Source: the human T2T-CHM13v2.0 reference genome, Homo sapiens. From it: a stretch of DNA of 64,000 bases. The stretch lies in NCBI RefSeq assembly GCF_009914755.1, contig NC_060946.1, one strand, 5' to 3'. This document shows, piece by piece, positions 50,050 to 62,000 of the stretch. Numbering within the stretch: position 1 is the stretch's first letter; each line of letters starts with the position of its first letter. A program made the translations under genes and the position numbers. Below the pieces are notes generated by a model that was not told where the DNA came from, ran no database searches, and worked only from the letters and a program-made list of their open reading frames with translations.

Positions 50050-53000
50050 CACTGTTAGCTGAGTTCACACTTCACAAACAAGTTTATCAGAATGCTTCTG
50101 TCTAGTTTTTATTTGAAGATATATCCTTTCTCACTATAGACCTGAAAGCTCTCCTAAAGTTCACTTCCAGATACTACAGAAAGAGTTTTTCAAAACTGCT
50201 GTACGAAAGGGAATGTTCAACTCTGTGACTTGAATGCACACGTCACAAGGAAGATTCTGAGGATGCTGCTGTCTACTTTTTATACGTAATCCCGTTTCCA
50301 AAGAAATCCCCCAAGCTATCCAAATATCCACTTGCAGATTCCACAGAAAGACTGTTTCAAAACTGCTCTGTCAATAGAAAGGTTCAACTCTATTAGCTGC
50401 GTGCATATATCCCAAAGAAGATTCTGAGATTGCTTCTGTCTAATTTTTACGGGAAGATATTTCCCTTTTCACCGTAGGTGTCAAGGCGCTCCAAATGTCC
50501 ACTTCCAGATACTACAAAAAGAGTGTTTCAAACCTACTCTGTGAAAGGGAATATTCCGCTCTGTGACTTGAATGCAGATATCACAATGAAGTTTCTGAGA
50601 ATGCTTCTGTCGAGATTTTATATGAAGATATTCCCGTTTCCAACAAAATCCTGAAATCTATCCCAATATCCCCTCGCAGATTCTACAAAAAGAGTGTTTC
50701 AAAACTGCTCTGTAAAAAGAAAGGTTCAACTCTGTTAGTTGAGTACACACATCACAAACAAGTTTCACAGAATGCTTCTTTCTAGCTTGTAGGGGAAGAT
50801 ATTCCCTTTAGCACCATGGGCCTCAAACCGTCCGAAACGTCCACTTCCATATACTACAAAAAGAGCGTTTCAAACCTGCTCTATGAAAGGCAATGTTCAA
50901 CTCTGTGACTTGAATGCAGACTTCACAGAGCAGTTTCTGAGAATGCTTCTGTCTAGATTTTATAGGAAGATATTCCCGTTTCCAACGAAATCTTCACAGC
51001 TATCCAAATATCCACTTGCAGATTCTACAAAAAGAGTGTATCAAAACTGCTCTGTCAAAAGGAAGGTTCTTCTCTGTTAGTTGAGTACATACGTCATAAA
51101 GGAGTTTCTGAGAATGTTTCTGTCTAGTGGTTATGGGAAGATATTTGCTTTTTCACCTTAGGCCTCAGAGCGCTCCAAATATCCACTTGCACATACTACA
51201 AAAAGAGTGCTTCAAAGCTGCTCTCTGAAAGGGAATGTTCAACTCTATGAGTTGAATGCAAACATCACAAAGACGTTTCTGAGAATGCTTCTGTCTAGAT
51301 TTGATATGAAGATATACCCGTTTCCAACGAAATCTTCAAATCTATCCAAATGTCCACTTGCAGATTCAACAAAGTGTTTCTCAAAACTGCTGTATCAAAA
51401 GAAAGATCCACCTCTGTTACCTGAGTTCACACTTCGCAAACAAGTTTATCAGAACACTTCTGTCTAGTTTTTATTTGAAGATATATCCTTTCTCACTATA
51501 GACCTGAAAGCTCTCATAAAGTTCACTTCCAGATACTACAGAAAGAGTGTTTCAAAAATGCTGTACGAAAGGGAATGTTCAACTCTGTGACTTGAATGCA
51601 CACATCACAAGGAAGTTTCTGAGGATGCTGCTGTCTAGTTTTTATACGTAATCCCGTTTCCAACGAAATCCTCCAAGCTATCCAAATATCCACTTGCAGA
51701 TTCCACAGAAAGACTGTTTCAAAACTGCTCTGTCAATAGAAAGGTTCAACTCTGTTAGCTGCGTGCATATATCCCAAAGGAGATTCTGAGATTGCTTCTG
51801 TCTAGTTTTTATGGGAAGATATTTCCCTTTTCACTTTAGGTGTCAAGGCGCTCCAAATGTCCACTTCCAGATACTACAAAAAGAGTGTTTCAAACCTACT
51901 CTGTGAAAGGGAATATTCAACTCTGTGACTTGAATGCAGATATCACAAAGAAGTTTCTGAGAATGCTTCTGTCGAGATTTTATATGAAGATATTCCCGTT
52001 TCCAACGAAATCCTGAAATCTATCCAAATATCCCCTCGCAGATTCTACAAAAAGAGTGTTTCAAAACTGCTCTGCAAAAAGAAAGGTTCAACTCTGTTAG
52101 TTGAGTACACACATCACAAACAAGTTTCACAGAATGCTTCTTTCTAGCTTGTAGGGGAAGATATTCCCTTTAACACCATGGGCCTCAAACCGTCCGAAAC
52201 GTCCACTTCCATATACTACAAAAAGAGCGTTTCAAACCTGCTCTATGAAAGGCAATGTTCAACTCTGTGACTTGAATGCAGACATCACAGAGCAGTTTCT
52301 GAGAATGCTTCTGTCTAGATTTTATAGGAAGATATTCCCGTTTCCAACGAAATCTTCACAGCTATCCAAATATCCACTTGCAGATTCTACAAAAAGAGTG
52401 TATCAAAACTGCTCTGTCAAAAGGAAGGTTCTTCTCTGTTAGTTGAGTACATACGTCATAAAGGAGTTTCTGAGAATGTTTCTGTCTAGTGGTTACGGGA
52501 AGATATTTGCTTTTTCACCTTAGGCCTCAGAGCGCTCCAAATATCCACTTGCACATACTACAAAAAGAGTGCTTCAAAGCTGCTCTCTGAAAGGGAATGT
52601 TCAACTCTATGAGTTGAATGCAAACATCCCAAAGACGTTTCTGAGAATGCTTCTGTCTAGATTTGATATGAAGATATTCCCGTTTCCAACGAAATCTTCT
52701 AATCCATCCAAATGTCCACTTGCAGATTCAACAAAAAGTGTTTTTCAGAACTGCTCTATCAAAAGAAAGATCCACCTCTGTTAGCTGAGTTCACACATCA
52801 CAAACAAGTTTATGAGAATGCTTCTGTCTAGTTTTTATTTGAAGATATTTCCTTTCTCACCATAGACCTGAAAGCTGTCCTAATGTTCACTCCCAGATAA
52901 TACAGAAAGAGTGCTTCAAAACTGCTGTACGAAAGGGAATGTTCAACTCTGTGACTTGAATGCACACATCACAAAGAAGTTTCTGAGGATGCTGCTGTCT

Positions 53001-56000
53001 ACTTTTTATACGTAATCCCGTTTCCAACGAAATCCTCCAATCTATCCAAATATCCACTTGCAGATTCCACAGAAAGACTGTTTCAAAACTGCTCTGTCAA
53101 TAGAAAGGTTAAACTCTGTTAGCTGCGTGCATATATCACAAAGAAGATTCTGAGATTGCTTCTGTCTAGTTTTTATGGGAAGATATTTCCCTTTTCACCG
53201 TAGGCGTCAAGGCGCTCCAAATGTCCACTTCCAGATACTACAAAAAGAGTGTTTCAAACCTACTCTGTGAAAGCGAATATTCAACTCTGTGACTTGAATG
53301 CAGATATCACAATGAAGTTTCTGAGAATGCTTCTGTCGAGATTTTATATGAAGATATTCCCGTTTCCAACGAAATCCTGAAATCTATCCAAATATCCCCT
53401 CGCAGATTCTACAAAAAGAGTGTTTCAAAACTGCTCTGTAAAAAGAAAGGTTCAACTCTGTTAGTTGAGTACACACATCACAAACAAGTTTCACAGAATG
53501 CTTCTTTCTAGCTTGTAGGGGAAGATATTCCCTTTATCACCATGGGCCTCAAACCGTCCGAAACGTCCACTTCCATATACTACAAAAAGAGCGTTTCAAA
53601 CCTGCTCTATGAAAGGCAATGTTCAACTCTGTGACTTGAATGCAGACATCACAGAGCAGTTTCTCAGAATGCTTCTGTCTAGGTTTTATAGGAAGATATT
53701 CCCGTTTCCAACGAAATCTTCACAGCTATCCAAATATCCACTTGCAGATTCTACAAAAGGAGTGTATCAAAACTGCTCTGTCAAAAGGAAGGTTCTTCTC
53801 TGTTAGGTGAGTGCATACGTCATAAAGGAGTTTCTGAGAATGTTTCTGTCTAGTGGTTATGGGAAGATATTTGCTTTTTCACCGTAGGCCTCAGAGCGCT
53901 CCAAATATCCACTTGCACATACTACAAAAAGAGTGCTTCAAAGCTGCTCTCTGAAACGGAATGTTCAACTGTATGAGTTGAATGCAAACATCCGAAAGAC
54001 GTTTCTGAGAATGCTTCTGTCTAGATTTGATATGAAGATATTCCCGTTTCCAACGAAATCTTCAAATCTATCCAAATGTCCACTTGCAGATTCAACAAAA
54101 AGTGTTTTTCAGAACTGCTCTATCAAAAGAAAGATCCACCTCTGTTAGCTGAGTTCACACATCACAAACAAGTTTATGAGAATGCTTCTGTCAAGTTTTT
54201 ATTTGAAGATATTTCCTTTCTCACCATAGACCTGAAAGCTGTCCTAATGTTCACTTCCAGATACTACAGAAAGAGTGTTTCAAAACTGCTGTACGAAAGG
54301 GAATGTTCAACTCTGTGACTTGAATGCACACATCACAAAGAAGTTTCTGAGGATGCTGCTGTCTACTTTTTATACGTAATCCCGTTTCCAACGAAATCCT
54401 CCAAGCTATCCAAATATCCACTTGCAGATTCCACAGAAAGACTGTTTCAAAACTGCTCTGTCAATAGAAAGGTTCAACTCTGTTAGCTGCGTGCATATAT
54501 CCCAAAGAAGATTCTGAGATTGCTTCTGTCTAGTTTTTATGGGAAGATATTTCCCTTTTCACCGTAGGCGTCAAGGCGCTCCAAATGTCCACTTCCAGAT
54601 ACTACAAAAAGAGTGTTTCAAACCTACTCTGTGGAAGGGAATATTCAACTCTGTGACTTGAATGCAGATATCACAAAGAAGTTTCTGAGAATGCTTCTGT
54701 CGAGATTTTATATGAAGATATTCCCGTTTCCAACGAAATCTTGAAATCTATCCAAATATCCCCTCGCAGATTCTACAAAAAGAGTGTTTCAACACTGCTC
54801 TGTAAAAAGAAAGGTTCAACTCTGTTGGTTGAGTGCACACATCACAAACAAGTTTCACAGAATGCTTCTTTCTAGCTTGTAGGGGAAGATATTTCCTTTA
54901 TCACCATGGTTCTCAAACCGTCCGAAACGTCCACTTCCATATACTAAAAAAACAGTGTTTGAAACCTGCTCTAGGAAAGGCAATGTTCAACTCTGTGACT
55001 GGAATGCGGACATCACAGAGCAGTTTCTGAGAATGCTTCTGTCCAGACTTTATAGGAAGATATTCCCGTTTCCAAAGAAATCTTCACAGCTATCCAAATA
55101 TCCACTTGCAGATAGTACAAAAAGAGTGTATCAGAAATGCTCTGTCAAAAGGAAAGTTCTTCTCTGCTAGTTGAGTACATACGTCATAAAGAAGTTTCTG
55201 AGAATGTTCCTGTCTAGTGGTTATGGGAAGATATTTGCTTTTTCCCCGTAGGCCTCAAAGCGGTCCAAATGTCCACTTGCACATACTACAAAAAGAGTGC
55301 TTCAAAGCTCCTCTCAGAAAGGGAATGTTCAACTCTATGAGTTGAATGCAAACATCACAAAGGCGTTTCTGAGAATGCTTCTGTCTAGATTTGATATGAA
55401 GATATTCCCGTTTCCAACGAAATCTTCAAATCTATCCAAATGTCCACTTGCAGATTCAACAAAGTGTTTTTCAAAACTGCTGTATCAAAAGAAAGATCCA
55501 CCACTGTTAGCTGAGTTCACACTTCACAAACAAGTTTATCAGAATGCTTCTGTCTAGTTTTTATTTGAAGATATATCCTTTCTCACTATAGACCTGAAAG
55601 CTCTCCTAAAGTTCACTTCCAGATACTACAGAAAGAGTTTTTCAAAACTGCTGTACGAAAGGGAATGTTCAACTCTGTGACTTGAATGCACACGTCACAA
55701 GGAAGATTCTGAGGATGCTGCTGTCTACTTTTTATACGTAATCCCGTTTCCAAAGAAATCCCCCAAGCTATCCAAATATCCACTTGCAGATTCCACAGAA
55801 AGACTGTTTCAAAACTGCTCTGTCAATAGAAAGGTTCAACTCTATTAGCTGCGTGCATATATCCCAAAGAAGATTCTGAGATTGCTTCTGTCTAGTTTTT
55901 ACGGGAAGATATTTCCCTTTTCACCGTAGGTGTCAAGGCGCTCCAAATGTCCACTTCCAGATACTACAAAAAGAGTGTTTCAAACCTACTCTGTGAAAGG

Positions 56001-59000
56001 GAATATTCCGCTCTGTGACTTGAATGCAGATATCACAAAGAAGTTTCTGAGAATGCTTCTGTCGAGATTTTATATGAAGATATTCCCGTTTCCAACGAAA
56101 TCCTGAAATCTATCCAAATATCCCCTCGCAGATTCTACAAAAAGAGTGTTTCAAAACTGCTCTGTAAAAAGAAAGGTTCAACTCTGTTAGTTGAGTACAC
56201 ACATCACAAACAAGTTTCACAGAATGCTTCTTTCTAGCTTGTAGGGGAAGATATTCCCTTTATCACCATGGGCCTCAAACCGTCCGAAACGTCCACTTCC
56301 ATATACTACAAAAAGAGCGTTTCAAACCTGCTCTATGAAAGGCAATGTTCAACTCTGTGACTTGAATGCAGACTTCACAGAGCAGTTTCTGAGAATGCTT
56401 CTGTCTAGATTTTATAGGAAGATATTCCCGTTTCCAACGAAATCTTCACAGCTATCCAAATATCCACTTGCAGATTCTACAAAAAGAGTGTATCAAAACT
56501 GCTCTGTCAAAAGGAAGGTTCTTCTCTGTTAGTTGAGTACATACGTCATAAAGGAGTTTCTGAGAATGTTTCTGTCTAGTGGTTATGGGAAGATATTTGC
56601 TTTTTCACCTTAGGCCTCAGAGCGCTCCAAATATCCACTTGCACATACTACAAAAAGAGTGCTTCAAAGCTGCTCTCTGAAAGGGAATGTTCAACTCTAT
56701 GAGTTGAATGCAAACATCACAAAGACGTTTCTGAGAATGCTTCTGTCTAGATTTGATATGAAGATATACCCGTTTCCAACGAAATCTTCAAATCTATCCA
56801 AATGTCCACTTGCAGATTCAACAAAGTGTTTCTCAAAACTGCTGTATCAAAAGAAAGATCCACCTCTGTTACCTGAGTTCACACTTCGCAAACAAGTTTA
56901 TCAGAACTCTTCTGTCTAGTTTTTATTTGAAGATATATCCTTTCTCACTATAGACCTGAAAGCTCTCATAAAGTTCACTTCCAGATACTACAGAAAGAGT
57001 GTTTCAAAAATGCTGTACGAAAGGGAATGTTCAACTCTGTGACTTGAATGCACACATCACAAGGAAGTTTCTGAGGATGCTGCTGTCTAGTTTTTATACG
57101 TAATCCCGTTTCCAACGAAATCCTCCAAGCTATCCAAATATCCACTTGCAGATTCCACAGAAAGACTGTTTCAAAACTGCTCTGTCAATAGAAAGGTTCA
57201 ACTCTGTTAGCTGCGTGCATATATCCCAAAGGAGATTCTGAGATTGCTTCTGTCTAGTTTTTATGGGAAGATATTTCCCTTTTCACTTTAGGTGTCAAGG
57301 CGCTCCAAATGTCCACTTCCAGATACTACAAAAAGAGTGTTTCAAACCTACTCTGTGAAAGGGAATATTCAACTCTGTGACTTGAATGCAGATATCACAA
57401 AGAAGTTTCTGAGAATACTTCTGTCGAGATTTTATATGAAGATATTCCCGTTTCCAACGAAATCCTGAAATCTATCCAAATATCCCCTCGCAGATTCTAC
57501 AAAAAGAGTGTTTCAAAACTGCTCTGTAAATAGAAAGGTTCAACTCTGTTAGTTGAGTACACACATCACAAACAAGTTTCACAGAATGCTTCTTTCTAGC
57601 TTGTAGGGGAAGATATTCCCTTTAACACCATGGGCCTCAAACCGTCCGAAACGTCCACTTCCATATACTACAAAAAGAACGTTTCAAACCTGCTCTATGA
57701 AAGGCAATGTTCAAATCTGTGACTTGAATGCAGACATCACAGAGCAGTTTCTGAGAATGCTTCTGTCTAGATTTTATAGGAAGATATTCCCGTTTCCAAC
57801 GAAATCTTCACAGCTATCCAAATATCCACTTGCAGATTCTACAAAAAGAGTGTATCAAAACTGCTCTGTCAAAAGGAAGGTTCTTCTCTGTTAGTTGAGT
57901 ACATACGTCATAAAGGAGTTTCTGAGAATGTTTCTGTCTAGTGGTTACGGGAAGATATTTGCTTTTTCACCTTAGGCCTCAGAGCGCTCCAAATATCCAC
58001 TTGCACATACTACAAAAAGAGTGCTTCAAAGCTGCTCTCTGAAAGGGAATGTTCAACTCTATGAGTTGAATGCAAACATCACAAAGACGTTTCTGAGAAT
58101 GCTTCTGTCTAGATTTGATATGAAGATATTCCCGTTTCCAACGAAATCTTCTAATCTATCCAAATGTCCACTTGCAGATTCAACAAAAAGTGTTTTTCAG
58201 AACTGCTCTATCAAAAGAAAGATCCACCTCTGTTAGCTGAGTTCACACATCACAAACAAGTTTATGAGAATGCTTCTGTCTAGTTTTTATTTGAAGATAT
58301 TTCCTTTCTCACCATAGACCTGAAAGCTGTCCTAAAGTTCACTTCCAGATACTACAGAAAGAGTTTTTCAAAACTGCTGTACGAAAGGGAATGTTCAACT
58401 CTGTGACTTGAATGCACACGTCACAAGGAAGATTCTGAGGATGCTGCTGTCTACTTTTTATACGTAATCCCGTTTCCAAAGAAATCCCCCAAGCTATCCA
58501 AATATCCACTTGCAGATTCCACAGAAAGACTGTTTCAAAACTGCTCTGTCAATAGAAAGGTTCAACTCTATTAGCTGCGTGCATATATCCCAAAGAAGAT
58601 TCTGAGATTGCTTCTGTCTAGTTTTTACGGGAAGATATTTCCCTTTTCACCGTAGGTGTCAAGGCGCTCCAAATGTCCACTTCCAGATACTACAAAAAGA
58701 GTGTTTCAAACCTACTCTGTGAAAGGGAATATTCCGCTCTGTGACTTGAATGCAGATATCACAAAGAAGTTTCTGAGAATGCTTCTGTCGAGATTTTATA
58801 TGAAGATATTCCCGTTTCCAACGAAATCCTGAAATCTATCCAAATATCCCCTCGCAGATTCTACAAAAAGAGTGTTTCAAAACTGCTCTGTAAAAAGAAA
58901 GGTTCAACTCTGTTAGTTGAGTACACACATCACAAACAAGTTTCACAGAATGCTTCTTTCTAGCTTGTAGGGGAAGATATTCCCTTTATCACCATGGGCC

Positions 59001-62000
59001 TCAAACCGTCCGAAACGTCCACTTCCATATACTACAAAAAGAGCGTTTCAAACCTGCTCTATGAAAGGCAATGTTCAACTCTGTGACTTGAATGCAGACT
59101 TCACAGAGCAGTTTCTGAGAATGCTTCTGTCTAGATTTTATAGGAAGATATTCCCGTTTCCAACGAAATCTTCACAGCTATCCAAATATCCACTTGCAGA
59201 TTCTACAAAAAGAGTGTATCAAAACTGCTCTGTCAAAAGGAAGGTTCTTCTCTGTTAGTTGAGTACATACGTCATAAAGGAGTTTCTGAGAATGTTTCTG
59301 TCTAGTGGTTATGGGAAGATATTTGCTTTTTCACCTTAGGCCTCAGAGCGCTCCAAATATCCACTTGCACATACTACAAAAAGAGTGCTTCAAAGCTGCT
59401 CTCTGAAAGGGAATGTTCAACTCTATGAGTTGAATGCAAACATCACAAAGACGTTTCTGAGAATGCTTCTGTCTAGATTTGATATGAAGATATACCCGTT
59501 TCCAACGAAATCTTCAAATCTATCCAAATGTCCACTTGCAGATTCAACAAAGTGTTTCTCAAAACTGCTGTATCAAAAGAAAGATCCACCTCTGTTACCT
59601 GAGTTCACACTTCGCAAACAAGTTTATCAGAACTCTTCTGTCTAGTTTTTATTTGAAGATATATCCTTTCTCACTATAGACCTGAAAGCTCTCATAAAGT
59701 TCACTTCCAGATACTACAGAAAGAGTGTTTCAAAAATGCTGTACGAAAGGGAATGTTCAACTCTGTGACTTGAATGCACACATCACAAGGAAGTTTCTGA
59801 GGATGCTGCTGTCTAGTTTTTATACGTAATCCCGTTTCCAACGAAATCCTCCAAGCTATCCAAATATCCACTTGCAGATTCCACAGAAAGACTGTTTCAA
59901 AACTGCTCTGTCAATAGAAAGGTTCAACTCTGTTAGCTGCGTGCATATATCCCAAAGGAGATTCTGAGATTGCTTCTGTCTAGTTTTTATGGGAAGATAT
60001 TTCCCTTTTCACTTTAGGTGTCAAGGCGCTCCAAATGTCCACTTCCAGATACTACAAAAAGAGTGTTTCAAACCTACTCTGTGAAAGGGAATATTCAACT
60101 CTGTGACTTGAATGCAGATATCACAAAGAAGTTTCTGAGAATACTTCTGTCGAGATTTTATATGAAGATATTCCCGTTTCCAACGAAATCCTGAAATCTA
60201 TCCAAATATCCCCTCGCAGATTCTACAAAAAGAGTGTTTCAAAACTGCTCTGTAAATAGAAAGGTTCAACTCTGTTAGTTGAGTACACACATCACAAACA
60301 AGTTTCACAGAATGCTTCTTTCTAGCTTGTAGGGGAAGATATTCCCTTTAACACCATGGGCCTCAAACCGTCCGAAACGTCCACTTCCATATACTACAAA
60401 AAGAGCGTTTCAAACCTGCTCTATGAAAGGCAATGTTCAAATCTGTGACTTGAATGCAGACATCACAGAGCAGTTTCTGAGAATGCTTCTGTCTAGATTT
60501 TATAGGAAGATATTCCCGTTTCCAACGAAATCTTCACAGCTATCCAAATATCCACTTGCAGATTCTACAAAAAGAGTGTATCAAAACTGCTCTGTCAAAA
60601 GGAAGGTTCTTCTCTGTTAGTTGAGTACATACGTCATAAAGGAGTTTCTGAGAATGTTTCTGTCTAGTGGTTACGGGAAGATATTTGCTTTTTCACCTTA
60701 GGCCTCAGAGCGCTCCAAATATCCACTTGCACATACTACAAAAAGAGTGCTTCAAAGCTGCTCTCTGAAAGGGAATGTTCAACTCTATGAGTTGAATGCA
60801 AACATCACAAAGACGTTTCTGAGAATGCTTCTGTCTAGATTTGATATGAAGATATTCCCGTTTCCAACGAAATCTTCTAATCTATCCAAATGTCCACTTG
60901 CAGATTCAACAAAAAGTGTTTTTCAGAACTGCTCTATCAAAAGAAAGATCCACCTCTGTTAGCTGAGTTCACACATCACAAACAAGTTTATGAGAATGCT
61001 TCTGTCTAGTTTTTATTTGAAGATATTTCCTTTCTCACCATAGACCTGAAAGCTGTCCTAATGTTCACTCCCAGATAATACAGAAAGAGTGCTTCAAAAC
61101 TGCTGTACGAAAGGGAATGTTCAACTCTGTGACTTGAATGCACACATCACAAAGAAGTTTCTGAGGATGCTGCTGTCTACTTTTTATACGTAATCCCGTT
61201 TCCAACGAAATCCTCCAATCTATCCAAATATCCACTTGCAGATTCCACAGAAAGACTGTTTCAAAACTGCTCTGTCAATAGAAAGGTTAAACTCTGTTAG
61301 CTGCGTGCATATATCACAAAGAAGATTCTGAGATTGCTTCTGTCTAGTTTTTATGGGAAGATATTTCCCTTTTCACCGTAGGTGTCAATGCGCTCCAAAT
61401 GTCCACTTCCAGATACTACAAAAAGAGTGTTTCAAACCTACTCTGTGAAAGCGAATATTCAACTCTGTGACTTGAATGCAGATATCACAATGAAGTTTCT
61501 GAGAATGCTTCTGTCGAGATTTTATATGAAGATATTCCCGTTTCCAACGAAATCCTGAAATCTATCCAAATATCCCCTCGCAGATTCTACAAAAAGAGTG
61601 TTTCAAAACTGCTCTGTAAAAAGAAAGGTTCAACTCTGTTAGTTGAGTACACACATCACAAACAAGTTTCACAGAATGCTTCTTTCTAGCTTGTAGGGGA
61701 AGATATTCCCTTTATCACCATGGGCCTCAAACCGTCCGAAACGTCCACTTCCATATACTACAAAAAGAGCGTTTCAAACCTGCTCTAGGAAAGGCAATGT
61801 TCAACTCTGTGACTTGAATGCAGACATCACAGAGCAGTTTCTCAGAATGCTTCTGTCTAGGTTTTATAGGAAGATATTCCCGTTTCCAACGAAATCTTCA
61901 CAGCTATCAAAATATCCACTTGCAGAATCTACAAAAGGAGTGTATCAAAACTGCTCTGTCAAAAGGAAGGTTCTTCTCTGTTAGGTGAGTGCATACGTCA

